A stretch of 64,000 nt of DNA from Eledone cirrhosa (GCA_964016885.1 OZ024740.1:98270001-98334000), one strand, 5' to 3'. Shown: positions 1-16,318, counted from the stretch's first letter. Program-made: numbers and translations. Notes: generated from the letters alone by a model not told the origin.

Positions 1-3000
1 TTGTCACCTCCACCGTGAGCTTCAGCGATTTGAGGTCTGTTCTCACCACCTCTGCCCATGTTTTTCCTGGTCTACCTCTAACATGTCTTCCTACAACTGG
101 CACTTCCTCAGCCATTGATCATCCTCCATGTGCACCACATGTCCATACCATCTCTGTCTCCTCTCTCGCACACTACATTCTATCCCTCTCAGACACAGTT
201 TCTCTCTCAACACAGTCATGCTGGGTCGTTCACGGACATTGACATTGCATATCCAACGGAGCAAGTTTGCCTCATTTCTCTCCAGCCGTCGCATATCCTC
301 TGCAGTTGCTGCCCATGTCTCACAACCATGGAGCATCGCGCTCCTCACACAGGCATCATATAACCGGCCTTTCGTACGCAGGGAGAAACCCTTCTTCGTC
401 AGCAGAGGAAGCAGCTCCCTAAACTTCTTCCAACCTGTCCTTATTCTAGATACTATGGTCTCGGAACACCTCCCTCCGATGCTAATCTGATCTCTTAGGT
501 ACCGGAAATTATCCACCACTTCCATAGCAGCTGCCTGCATTTGAAAAATGTGTCTATCAATGGGACTTCTACTGTCTAATTTCCCTGTACATCTACTGCA
601 TACGTATTTCTCCCTACCTGTTAGTTTGCCTGCTATCCCACTACATGTCTTGTGTACCCAGGATCTGCATTGTGTGCACTTTATAGAATTTATGCCAGTT
701 CCTTTTCTGCATATCGAACATAGCCATTTCCCTGACGGAATCAGAGTTTTGTCCTCTTTTCTACTCATCAACACTTTTGTCTTAGCTAGGTTCACTTTCA
801 GTCCTCTTGCATCCAACTGCTGTTTACATAGCCAGAATTTATTCTCTAGCTCCTCTACTGATTCTGCTATAAGAACCAGATGGTCAGCATAGAGAAGTTC
901 CCATGGACAGCCAGTCTTAAACTCCTCTGTTATGGCTTGGAGGACTATAATGAACAAGAGCGAGCTGAGGAACGAACCTTAATGTACTCCTACTTGAATA
1001 TGGAATTCCTCACTAAACTCCATTCCTACCCTCACTTTACTGACAGCACTTCTGTAAAAAGTTTGCACTGTCCTCACAAGCCATTCCTCAACACCTAGTT
1101 TCCTTAGGGACCACCAGATGACAGATCGAGGTACCCTATCAAAGGCTAAGTATAGTGGCTTATTCTTCTCTAAGAACCTCTTTTATAATTGTCTCACCAA
1201 GAAGAGGGCATCTGTTGTACTCTCCCAGGCACAAAAACAAACTGCATCTCATCTAGTTTGAACCTTTCTCTAATTAGTTGTGCTAATATCCTTTCTGCCA
1301 CTTTCATAACCTGATCCATCAGTTTTATACGCCTACAATTGCTCCAGAGCATCACTTTTACCTTTGTAGCAATTTATGAGAATACTGCTGCACCAGTCTT
1401 TGGGTATGACACCACCATATATAGCCTGATTGATGATGCGTGCAACCAGTTTAGTGCCTACGTCCCCTGATGCCTTTAGCATCTCAGCAACTATCCCCAC
1501 GGTCCAGCAGTCTTGCCATCTTTCATTTCCTTAATCGCCCCTTGGACGCTATATTCGTCACTCTCAATAGCTGGTCCCTCTGTCGGATCTACTGAGGGTA
1601 ATTTCTCTCTCTCTCCCATTCGTTCTCCACATTCATCAGTCTCTCATAATAACATTTCCAGGCTTCCTTTTTCTGATCATTCGTGACACTAAGTACACCG
1701 GCATCATTCTGGACACATTTATCTCCAACAACATCCTGATTTGCATTGACACACTGCCTTGCAATGTGGAACACCGCACGCCTCTGATCTTCCCGTCGCA
1801 GATCATTGGCAAACCTCCTACTCTCAGCCTCCCTGCGTGCTAAGTACACCTGACGTCTAGCTTCTCTCTTAGTGGCTGTATATTCTTCCCTACTCCCACC
1901 CTTTTTCCAAGCCTTCCATGCTAGTCTTTTGTCTCTAATGGCCTTATGTACTGTGCTGTTCCACCACCAGGTCACTCTCTGTCTGGTTGGAGCTCTGGTC
2001 CAGCCACAAGTTTCATCAGTTGCCTGCAGTAAGTTGTCACGTAAGAAATTCCAGTTATTACCTATGCCATACGTCTCTAAATCGTCTTCTTTTTCGTCAT
2101 ACACATCTTGAAGGGCTTTCCTAAATTTGTATTTTAGTGAAAGGTCTTTTAGCTTCCAGACCTTTCTTCTCCATACCTTCCTGTATGTCTTATTCCATCT
2201 CTTGCTTACTGAGATATCACTAACGACTAACCTATGCTGTGGGGTACATTCTTCCTCAGGGTATACCTTGGTATTTGACACCATCTGCCTGCCCCGCTGA
2301 CTAACTAGTAAGAAGTCAATCTGGCTTATGTGCTCGCCTGATTTGTAGGTTATTAGGTGGTTGGTAGGCTTCTTGAAGTTAGTGTTGCAAATAATCAGTG
2401 TACTTGCATCACAAAATTCAAGAAGTCTCACTCCTTCTTCATTTCTTGAGCCGTAACCGTGCCCACCATGTACCCCAGTGTAACCATCCTGGAGCTGTCC
2501 AACATGACCATTGAAGTCCCCTGCTAGAATAACGATGTCTCCGTCTTCTGTCATTGCGGTTGTTTGTAAAAGTTTTCTCGTAAAAGCAGTCTTTCTCTTC
2601 TTTGCCTAGGCCTGCTTGGGGAGCATAGGCAAAGATGATTGTCAGTAGTCTCCTGCCTACAACTAATCTAAGCTTAATTATTCGATTACTAACTCGAACT
2701 ACCTCTATTGTCTTATTGATCCATCTCTCAGCCAGGAAAATGCCTACACCCCCTAACCCATCGTCCTTACCTACCCAGAAAAGCTTATAGCTAAGATGTT
2801 TGCTTGCGACTAGTCTCTCAGAGGCACCTCTCCATCTCACCTCTTGCACGCAGCACACATCCACATGCCTTCTCTCCAGCATCTCCGCTATTTCAGCAGA
2901 TCTACCTGTGAGAGTGCCAACATTAAGTGTTGCAACTCTGAGATGCGATGTCTTCATATTTTTGTTGTTCCTATATACTTGTTACTGTGCTTATAATCAT

Positions 3001-3170
3001 TTTGGCATTGATACACTGGTTGGATGCCCTTCCTAACACCAGCGCCACTTTACAGCATGGACTGAGTGCTTTTATTTTTGCCACCAGCACTAGAGAGGTG
3101 GCTTTCTGGACTCATGTGCCCTCTCCATTTTACAGCATGGTCATAAAAAAAGAGACCACTTTTTGACACC
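1..3170 (-). mobile_element. RTE-clade LINE, near full-length but frameshifted (APE endonuclease + RT with PHD-like finger); 3' end runs off the window
   Basis: ORF 2957-2439 has ATLNVGTL and CVQEVRW; ORF 2554-1589 has AGDFNGH, IDFLL, QHRLV; ORF 957-91 has LLYADH, FRYL, LLRWICNV, WYGHV. Stops and frameshifts lie between them. Confidence 0.93.
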
Positions 3171-3740
3171 CACGGCACACACACACACTCACTGACACAC
3201 CAACACTCATGCATACAAACACACACGCCACTCACACACCAACACTCATGTATACCAACACACACACACACACACACATATATACATATATATTACGGTC
3301 AGTACTGATACAAAATCATGTCAACTGTTGATTTTCCAGTTCAGTTTTTATATAATAATAATAATTGTTTGCTTTACAGTGTAGAGCAACGGCTCTCCAC
3401 TCTCAAGGCCCCAAAACAAGGCACCAGCAATGCGCTGGGACAATCGCTGCCCCGTGCCAAGAACAGAATAGTTATTTAATATTATAGTTGTTTTTTGAGT
3501 CCTGATCGCTGGTGATGGTGGTGATGGTGGTGGTGGTGGTGGAGGTGGTGAAGGTGGGGGATGGTGTCAGTGATGGTGATGGTGGTGATGGTGGATGGTG
3601 TCAGTGATGGTGGTGGCAGTTGTTGTTGTCGTTGTTGTTGGTGGTGGTGTTGTTGTTGCTGCCGCCGTTTACAAACGTCAGGGAAGTGAATAGTGTATGA
3701 GTCATGATATACATGTGTGTATGTGTATGGAGGGGGAATA

Positions 3741-6184
3741 TTAGGTGTAGTGTTGGAAAATCTCAGGAATCTTGGAGGTTTTAAAGGATGCAGTGTTTCG
3801 ACAGCTAATAACTGATGCAGGGAGTTTGTTCCATGCTTCAGCAACTCTGAGTGTGAAAAAATGTTTCCGAAAGTCATGGGAACTGTGCTGTTTTCTGATC
3901 TTGTGGGCATACCCACGTGTGTCAGACACATGGAAATAAAAAAGGTACTCAGGGTTGTTCTTGGCAAGATGGTTAATCATTTTGCGGGTGTTTACCAAGT
4001 CAGTTGCCAGACGTCGGAGCTTCAATGTATCTATGCCCAGTGAAGCAAAGCATTCAGTGTATGGTAGCTGCCTGGTGGAGGGTATTCGCTTGGTTGCACG
4101 TCTCTGAACAGTTTCCAGTGGTCAATGTTCTGAGCAAGATAGGGGTTCCAGACTGGTGATGCAAATTCTAAGTGTGGCCGCACCATAGCTATGTACAGCT
4201 TTAAATAGATAGCTGGAGAGCGGCTGACAAAGGTCTTGCTGTGTGATGCTAAGACACCCTCGGCCTTCTTGACAATTTTAGAGACGTGCTTCGTCCAACG
4301 CAAATCGCTGCTGACCATAATGTCCAGGTCACGTTCACAAGAAGACTTCTTGATATTAGTGTTGTGGAGGGAGTATGTGGACGCTGTATTTTTATTTCCC
4401 AAATGCCTGGTTTTGCACTTGACCACTGCTAGCTTGAGTTGCCAGTCCATTGTTGCATTGTGTCCAGGTCAGATTGCAAGCAAGATCTATAGTGTTCAGG
4501 ATCTGTCCTTTTTATCTCAAGGTACAGCTTGATATCATCTGCATATTTCAGTATTGTGGCATTCTTTAAGTTGGTATCTATGTCATTAATATATGCCACA
4601 AACAAACGGGGGCCAAGAACAGATCCCTGTGGTACAACAGATGACATCTCATATGGTGAGGAATGGTGTCCTAGAACCGTGACTACCTCTCTTCGACTGA
4701 GAATGAAGGACTTCAACCAGTTAAGAAGATCATCCTTCACACCCATTGCAGAGAGTTTTGCCATAAGCCATAAGTGTGGCACAGAATTGAAAGCTTTAGC
4801 AAAGTCAAGGTAAACAACATCCACCCATGTGCCGCCATCAGTGATCCGGGTGATGTCTTCAAGAAACTCGATAAGTTGATCACAGCAGTTGGAGTTAGGG
4901 ATAAATCCAAATTGCAAGGGCTGGATAAGACTGTGAGAGCTCCAGAACTTCTAAATTGTTTCTCTGACACAGGATTCCATCAGTTTGGCAATGCAGCTAG
5001 TAAGACTGACTGGACGATAGTTCACAGTTGATGTGTAGTCACCCTTTTTGAACAGAGGAATGACACTGGCAGTTTTCCACTGTTCTGGAGTAGCACCGTC
5101 GTTCAGACAGAATTCTGGAAGGAAGTACCCACCACGTTTGAGAAGCAGGTACGTAACACCATCAAGACCAGGAGAGGCATGGTTGCGTTTATTTTTAAGG
5201 TGACGTCGCAGCATTGCAGGTGTAAATTCCATAGTTGTAATAGAATCCGGTGTCATAGGTGGTGGAGACGGTACACTCTGATCTTCAATAGTGAAAATGC
5301 CTGCATAGCATTCAGCAATGAGTTCTGCGCATTCCTTGGGATCGTCAGTAACCTGGCTTGTGTGGGGATTGTGAAGAGGACTAACTTGAGAGTGAGGCCT
5401 CTGCTTTGAGTGAACATACTTCCAGAACACCTTACTGTCAGGGCTGGTTGCGAGGCGCTGCTCAAATTGAAGCTCTGCCTTTTTGTCACCTGTTTGAGAT
5501 GGTTGGATGATTTATTTCGCCTCTTCCTATTAATATCTGATTTATACAGTTTGTACTCACGTTCAGCATTACAACGTTCTTTTCTGGCAAGACGGACTGC
5601 TGCAGTCTCCAAAATTGCACTTTTGGTATACTTTTTCAGCTTACGTGGCACTGATGCTGCAGATGCTGTCCATATTGAGCTCAGGATGTTCTGAAGTACA
5701 GTATTGTCATCTCCAGAGTCGTAAAACTCAAGCCAGTTTGGACGTTGCAACTCGGTGCAGTAACAGTTCCAGTATGCTTTATTCCAGTTAAAGTGAGCAG
5801 TTTGGAGATGGTTGTGGTTTTTGTTACTGTCCATGAGGGATAGATTGGCAATGATCATAGCATGATAAGAGTAACCTAAAGGTTCCTCAGCAGTAACACT
5901 AATAACCGTTTCAGGAGTAGTGGTGAAGAGTAGGTCCAAAGTCTTGTCACCTCTTGTTGGGGAGGTGACTACTCAATTCGAGTCCAGCACTAACTCAAGG
6001 AAGTCATTTTCACTTGGCCGCCAACGAAAGGTTTCCCAGTCAATCTCAGGGTTATTGATGTCCCCTGCAATAAAAACATAAGTGGCTGTTTTCCTGACAA
6101 CAACTCTGAGGATATTACAAAGTTGAGTGTCCTGATGGTAATTTGGGGGACGGTAAACGACTCCAAGTAGCAGTGTTGACATGG

Positions 6185-6187
<3 letters not shown>
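3741..6187 (-). mobile_element. Decayed CR1/L2-group LINE (endonuclease + RT), 5'-truncated at a (TA)n tract
   Basis: GVVYRPP and AGDINNPEIDW (EN); NYRPVSLTS, YLDFAKAFNSVPH, VPQGSVLGP, KYADDIK, RPHLEFASPVWNP, FFTLRVAEAWNKLP. Confidence 0.92.
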
Positions 6188-6261
<74 letters not shown>

Positions 6262-6267
<6 letters not shown>

Positions 6268-6779
6268 TTAGTTAAGCAAAACAAGACCACAAACGTCACA
6301 AGGAAGACATTATTAAAAGATTGTCAACATATTTTAGTTTGATGTAAGGAATGTAGAGAATAATAATAATAATATTGGTTACCCATAGGCAGATCTCACA
6401 CAATGCAGCCTCGACAGATGAATACTGCTTGATTATGGCTGACAGCTGATGCAACCAAGACACGATAGTAAAAACCAATATATGGAACATTATATTATGT
6501 AACATTATTTTAATTTATATTCCTTTTAGTTCCGATGAGCCACTCTGTTTTTAAATATGTTAATTATTTTCAACTGAACCAGATCAATTATGATATATAG
6601 TCATCTGATCCAGAAATATTATATGGAGTAGCGAAACAATGGTAAACGGACATTATTATTATTAATATTATTATTATTATTCTCTACATTCCTTACATCA
6701 AACTAAAATATGTTTACAATCTTTTAATAATGTCTTCCTTGTCAAGTTTGTCGTCTTGTTTTTCTTAACTAATGAATAT
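6262..6779 (+). repeat. Fold-back cassette: ~115-bp inverted arms around a spacer containing an HHR-like motif
   Basis: 6262-6377 is the reverse complement of ~6662-6779. HHR-like 6529-6647: GTT CCGATGA GCCACTC...GAGTAGC GAAAC AATG GTA AAC. Confidence 0.8.
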
Positions 6780-6894
6780 TTCCAGCTCTGTCACCTAACT
6801 TCTGCATGAACCCAGCCACCTAGCTGCTTTCTACTGCATATTGCACATTGAGCACATGCCATCTCTCTCTTTAAGATTGGTTACTCTTGAACTG

Positions 6895-6926
<32 letters not shown>

Positions 6927-7093
6927 ATATATTGAGAAACACACAGATACATGCGGACACACACATATACATGAATATATCCACATCCATCCTTGAGTTA
7001 ATGGTGCCAACCTTAACCGATGTTGCTCTATGAATAACTGGGACAAACCAATCCGAATGGATTAGACTGAACCAGTATCAGAGCTAAAAGTAC

Positions 7094-7502
7094 ATTATGA
7101 AGAGAGAAGAAACATTTAGATATAATTAGTAATAAGATGTATCATACCTAAACTGCTTCTAGATTCCTCTTCTACGGCCTCGATATAAATACCCCCTCCG
7201 CCTCCGTGGTATTTTTTTCAGGGTTATAAAGGGCTTAGCTCTGTTTCTTGACCGTTGTATCACGTGACTGACTCCCCCTCCGCCTTTTTGGATTCTATCT
7301 CACATCTTATAGACGTGTTCTTGAGGTTAGTAAAATGAGGTATCCTCTTGATAAGTCGGCAGACCTCACAAAAGCTCTATATCTCTATGATGTATTGTTT
7401 TTGATTATGCCACGAAACTACGTAGTCGAGGAATCTAGAAGCAGTTTAGGTATGATACATCTTATTACTAATTATATCTAAATGTTTCTTCTCTCTTCAT
7501 AA
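7094..7502 (+). repeat. Fold-back cassette with 75-bp arms and a U3-A8 hammerhead (7344-7431)
   Basis: 7094-7168 is inverted at 7428-7502. CCTC TTGATAA GTCGGCA...TGCCAC GAAAC TACGTA GTC GAGG. Confidence 0.8.
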
Positions 7503-7518
7503 TATATATATATATATA

Positions 7519-7870
7519 TAAAGAAAAAGATGTTGAAATCGAAAATGCAACTGGAGTCATATTTTTTTTTTAAATATATATATTTATTTGGTTCCTTTAC
7601 CGGTTTCGCAGTTCTTCTGCTTTTCAAAAGGTGAGTTGAGATGGAGGGTCTGTGGTTTTTCTCACATGAGAAAAACCACAGACCCTCCATCTCAACTCAC
7701 CTTTTGAAAAGCAGAAGAACTGCGAAACCGGTAAAGATACAAAATAAATATATATATTTAAAAAAAAAATAAGACTCCAGTTGCTTTTTCGATTTCATCT
7801 CTTTTTCTTTATACTTTCACTCGTGTAGGACACCTCGGTTATTTTTCATTTTGTAAAAAAAACCTCACTT

Positions 7871-7874
<4 letters not shown>
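7519..7874. repeat. Near-perfect palindrome (centre ~7665) with a minimal U3-A8 HHR in each arm, plus a 3' extension
   Basis: CCTT TTGAAAA GCAG aagaa CTGC GAAAC CG GTA AAGG at 7594-7631 (-) and 7700-7737 (+). A single-arm copy lies at 46852-47068. Confidence 0.85.
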
Positions 7875-10831
<2,957 letters not shown>

Positions 10832-10844
10832 TTATTGATAGATA

Positions 10845-11470
10845 TTAGGATTGTGAATGGAGTTCCTCTGAAGCAGGTGGAGAAGTTCAAGTATCTCAAG
10901 GCTATGTTCACAAGTGATAGTAGGCAGGATGCTGAATTAAATGTAAGAACTGAGGAGCTGGTGCAGTAATGTATGAGCTTCAGCATTTGGTAATCAGAAG
11001 AGGGGCAGTAGGTGAAAAAACCAAACTCGCTATCTTCAATTCGGTATTCAAGCCAACCCCTACCTATAGTCATGAATCTTAGGTAATGACAAAAAGAACA
11101 TAATGCTTAATACAAGCTGCCGAAATGGGGTCCTTCCAAAATGTTGCTGGAATAATGTTACTTGATGGAGTCCATAGCTTTGAGATGAAAGAGACACTCC
11201 AGGTAGAGTTGCTACATCTCTGAATTGAGAGATCACTGCTCTGATACTATGAGCATGTGGTTTGAACGTTTCAGAAAAGTATTGCTTGACTGATTTTAGT
11301 GCCAAAACTAAATGGGTGTAGATCCTGAGGAAGATGGTTGGATAACATCCATGAGCACAGCTGGTCATGCTTGGGGATTCTGCCAGATCAGTTGGAGATA
11401 GTTGCTTCTGACAGAAGCTGCTGGAATGAGTGTTTCAGTACTCTGCTCCCACAACCCTCTCAGGAATAAG
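10845..11470 (+). mobile_element. Highly decayed LINE RT C-terminal fragment
   Basis: Translates as VNGVPLKQVEKFKYL...IFNSVFKPTPTYSHES with many stops. Confidence 0.6.
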
Positions 11471-11479
11471 TGAGAGAAT

Positions 11480-11668
11480 AATAATTGTTTCTAATTTTGG
11501 CACAAGGCCAGCAATTACTCTGTACATTACTGGTACTTTATTTTATCGACTGCGTAAGGATGAAAGACAAAGTTAACCCTTGAGGGATTTGAACTCAGAT
11601 CATAAAGGGACGTAACTATGCTGGAAAGCATTTCCGACCCTCTACCGATACTGCCAATTCACCTCCCT
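11480..11668 (-). mobile_element. tRNA-headed SINE family 1
   Basis: Reverse complement of the 16777 copy; B-box GAGTTCAAATCC and core CTTTCATCCTT..GTCGATAAAATAAAGTACCAG. Confidence 0.85.
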
Positions 11669-12943
11669 AAGTGAGAGAATAATAATGAGAAGAAAAAGAA
11701 GATGAAGAATATATTAGGATTGACCGGATGATCCAATATCTTTATACAATGCTGGTCCTAATGTGTTTTCAATTCCTGCTTGATTGTGCCCTGTCTTTCA
11801 TTTTGCCTAGAATTGTTTGGCTACGCCATTTTCACATTATGCTAGAAGTCTTCTGTGTGTTCTTTTCCGATCACTTAATATGTGTCCTAAGCTAATTAAC
11901 TTATTGGACTGTGTAAGTGATTAACTATGTGGGCATATATGTGATGTCCAAAGAAGCATCCTCTCCAACTCCAACTATCTTATCCACTGCCTTTTAGATA
12001 CCTCTCAGCAAACAGGCAGGTCTGTCTGATGGCTGTCAATATATGTATCATGATCATTATCATCACTGTTTAATGTCTGTTGTCCTTGCTTTCATGGGTT
12101 AGATGGGCTGTCATATAATTTGACTAGACTAGTCATCTTGCACATATACTCTGGTTTTTTTTGCTTGGATAACATTTCTAATACCAGCCACATTACAGCA
12201 TATGCAGAGTAGTTTATTGTGAATCCACCACTACAACGTTACAAGGACGATACAGTGATTTCTTTTCATAGAACCAATATTATCTCTGCGTGTGTGTGAT
12301 ATATTTGAGAAGCCATTATTCTGTTGTTGTTTTTTTATGAAAAAAGACATTGTTTTAATAATTGTAATTAAGTTCATTAATTTTGAATATATTACTGAGG
12401 TCTCTGTGAAGAATACTTGGTTTTAGATACATAATGATGAATATAATAAAATACACGTGTGTCTATTATCTATATATACACATTTGCATACATTTACAGC
12501 AAACCATACACATGTATATACATGTATGTGTATATATGCTTATGCATGTCTTGCACACACACACACACATACACACACACATATATATATATATATTGGT
12601 GTTTGTATAAATGAGTGTATGTATTTAAGTATGTATATTAAATCTTAAGATTTGCATTATTTCTACTTCAGGATAATGGGTTTTGTACACATCCAACAGC
12701 ATAATAAATCTTTTCAATTTTATTTTAATAATGTTGTGTCTATGTCTGAAATTAATTGTTTGGTGCACAACATTTTCCCAATATAATATATTTCTCACTA
12801 AAACCACCTTCTCTGTATAGCTATGCATTATATAAATATATATATATATGCATATATACATATATATGCATAAATACATACACACATATATATATATATA
12901 ATAAAAAAGAAAATGTTTGCTCTACATGGCTGAATACAATAAA

Positions 12944-13240
12944 TATAATCTGAGTTTTTCGAATATTAATAACAACATTCGATTCGTTTGCAATTATGCA
13001 AACAAGCCTCAATTTTACAGCCATGTCAGTAGAATGAACCCTTTGTTCTTGCTCTTGTGAGCTGTACTGATGAAGGGTGATACCCAGAAACAGTAGTCTT
13101 TGCAGTTCTGTTCACATGCCAACACAAGAGCAAGAATGAAGGGTTCATTCTACTGACATGACTATAAAATTGAGGCTTGTTTGCATAATTGCAAACGTAT
13201 CGAATGTTATTATTAATATTCGAAAAACTCAGATTACATT
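12944..13240 (+). repeat. Fold-back cassette with ~115-bp arms and an HHR in the loop (13059-13108)
   Basis: GAGCTGTA CTGATGA aGGGT gat ACCCa GAAAC agta GTC tt TGCAGTTC; flanked by (TA)n. Confidence 0.85.
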
Positions 13241-13243
13241 TAT

Positions 13244-13287
<44 letters not shown>

Positions 13288-14199
13288 CACACACATCAGC
13301 ATCTATATCTATCATATATATGCATATACATATATAAATATAGTTGTGTGTGTACATGTATGTATACAGATATAGATGTGTGTGAGTACATGTATATATA
13401 TATATGGATGTGTGTGTACATATATATATATCCATCTGAACTAGACCTTCCAGAAACATTTACAGTTATTTACATTATATAATTTATAGTTAAGTATTTT
13501 ATTTTAATTCCTTAATCTTGTTTCTATAAAATCTGTGTATTCACATCAGAAAGTTTTAACTGTCTTTTGTCTAAGCAAAACTAAAATTATTCATATGATT
13601 TTTGTGTAGGACATTTATATAAGGAATCACATTATTAATTCTGATGAAATATTATTAATGTTTAATCATTTAAGATTATTGTTAAAATTGCTTAATATAT
13701 ATATATAGAAATGATTTTAAATAAAAAGGTAATTTCCTATGATTGTTGCTTGCATTCGATTTATATTTACTCAATTTGATATATTGAAATTTATGAATGA
13801 GATAATTTTTTTTTATTTCAACCTTAATTTCATAATGTAGAATAAATGTTTATTTAAACACAAAAATTCTTGTATTTATCTACTTATAAACCCACCACCC
13901 ACACAATGCTACTCACCTCCATATATATATATATTATATACCCTAAAATGTCTGACTAAACACACATTTGCTCTTTGTTTAAACTTCTTTTTCAATTCTT
14001 TCCTATTCTCACTCGCTATATATTTCTATTTCATTTTTTAATTTTCATTCTATCTTCTGCTCAATGATTAATGTATATAATGTAAAGACTATTTTCCTAC
14101 TATATCAAGAGTTAATCTAATATATTTCTTCATTGTACTGTGATGTTTGCTTTGTAGTTTCCATTTACATTTTGCATATATATATATATATATATATAT

Positions 14200-14390
14200 A
14201 TAAACACGGTAAAAACCTCCCAGTCCACAATGGAAACGTGGTTGGTGTTAGGAAGGGCATCCAGCCATAGAAAACCCACCAGACAGTCCTATACGAGTGA
14301 GACAACCAATCTTGCCTCAAGTGGGAAAATTACCGTCCAAACCCATGCTAGCGTGGAAGATGGATGTTAACCGATGATGATGATGATGAT
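14200..14390 (+). repeat. RTE/SINE shared tail module ending in (GAT)n
   Basis: GGTTGGTGTTAGGAAGGGCATCCAGC...AACCCATGCTAGCGTGGAAGATGGATGTTAA(GAT)n. Confidence 0.8.
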
Positions 14391-14639
14391 ATATATTAAT
14401 TCATGGTAGACTAATTTGAAATAGAAATTAGCCTTCTGATTTTCTTCCTGAATCACTTAATGATGTAGTTAGATCTTTCATTATCTTTGCATACATTTCA
14501 TTGTATCTCAAGAGAATATATTTGCATGATTTACTGTGCAGTCTGTCACATGAGGGTTTACTTGTTCTTTTACTATTTACACCATGTGCAATATTTAGTT
14601 ACCTACATTATCTCTAGGTGTGCTGTTCATCTAATCCTT

Positions 14640-14722
14640 ACTCCTGTTGAAAGCCCTATGATTGTTCGACACAGCCACTAACTAATGGTGAAACAAACTC
14701 TATCTATAGTTTGTCCAGGAGT
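14640..14722 (+). ncRNA. Type I hammerhead-like motif with variant core
   Basis: ACTCCTG TTGAAAG ...GAAAC AAACT ctatctat AGTTT GTC CAGGAGT; 7-bp stem I and long stem III. Confidence 0.6.
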
Positions 14723-15093
14723 TTAATAGTTATTGAAACGGTTAGTACATTTTAATTCCTTTTTTCCGGTTATTATGTATTTTCCATTTGTTCATAGATT
14801 ATATGCATTGCACCTAGGTGGAATTTCAACCCATGTAATTCAAAACACACTTCTTTATATATATATATATATATAAAAATTACAGTATCGCAAATGAAGA
14901 TAGAAAGAGGAGGTATAAAGAGATGCAATACAGAGTGTTATTTGCCAAAAGCGGGTGCATAGGTTCTCGATGCTTGTGTAATCAGGATTAAATATTAGAG
15001 GAGTTAATATTTAGTGTACGAAGATAAGCAGAGCGGTTATAAGCAAAAATATTAATGAAAGAGAAGCAAGACATTAAATCACATTTATAAAAA

Positions 15094-15133
15094 GCTTTTA
15101 CATATGTTTCGCCCAAAGGGGCTCTTCTACGGC
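15094..15133 (-). ncRNA. Degenerate hammerhead motif in a pLTR-like segment also found at 24900-25005
   Basis: Minus strand: GCCG TAGAAGA GCCC cttt GGGC GAAAC ATAT GTA. Confidence 0.5.
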
Positions 15134-15729
15134 AATTATAAAGGCAAATATTTAATAAAGTACCCTGTACGGGTAGAAACATATATTAACATCAGAATGC
15201 ATTACTCCATGTAGAAAAATGGAGGAAAATTCATTGTGCTCTAAGGGAGGTAATTACCGGTGCAAAGTAGAGTTACCTGTCAAACTAATGACTGCTACCA
15301 GCATAGTAAGACAATTTTATTTATTGTTACAAGGAGTTAATTTAATTATGGTTTGTTAACTCAATTTAAGGAGGCAGTGTAAGGTATGAGTATAAGTATC
15401 AATTATGAGTAAAGTCATTAAAGACTATACACTAGTTTAAGTTAGTATAAAGTTGTAAGTTCAGTGTGGGCTTAAAGGCCTAGAAAGGTAAAGACACTTT
15501 AGATGGAATCTGTATAATTATATGATCATTTGTCTAAAGAGTTTATTGGGTAAAAGCAGCGGTTCGGTAACATTACCCAAAGATTAGTCTAGCTGTGTGG
15601 AAGAATATAGCGGGGTAGGCCAAGCTGAATATATGTAGTGCAGCTCCCTGGAGGGAGAACAGAGGGTGTATGATGGTGTTGCTCCAAGATCTTTAATAGT
15701 AGGTCCACCGTAGTAAGTCGAGCCAGGGT

Positions 15730-16230
15730 GGAGCGTTGGAAGCCTCAGGTTTTATGGTGGTTGACAAAGAAGAGTTTCTCCCTGCGTGCAAAAGGACGGC
15801 TATCTGATGCCTGTGTGAGATGCGCGATGCTGCATGGGCAAAAACTGCAGAAGATATGTGACGGCTGGAGAGAAATGAAGCAAGTATGCTCTGTTGGATG
15901 TGCAATATCAATGTGCATGAACGACCAAGCATAGACGAGTTGAGAAAGAAACTGGGTATAAGAGGGATAAGTTGTGGTGTGCAGGAGAGAAGAATCAGAT
16001 GGTATGGACATGTGATGTGCATGGAGGATGACCAATGGGTGAAGAAGTGCCAGGAAGTCCCAGTGGAGGGAAGACGGCGTAGAGGTAGACCACGAAAAAC
16101 ATGGGCGGAAGTGGTGAGGAGATGACGAAGGACTGTGACGGGTGGAGAGATGCTGTGCTGAATAGGACCCGTCCAACCCTTACAACCAGGTAAAATCAGA
16201 CGAAAAATGATGATAATGATGATGATGATG
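15730..16230 (+). mobile_element. RTE LINE 3' fragment ending in (GAT)n
   Basis: MLCWMCNINV...RRIRWYGHV...GRRRRGRPRKTW. Confidence 0.88.

Positions 16231-16314
<84 letters not shown>

Positions 16315-16318
<4 letters not shown>

Noticed and set aside
115-892. Plus-strand ORFs overlapping LINE RT here and at 40178-40678
   Set aside because: Antisense shadows of the RT coding frame
3482-3740. His/Gln/Thr-rich ORF
   Set aside because: Trinucleotide repeats (GGT/GTT/GAT) downstream of the CR1-like ORF
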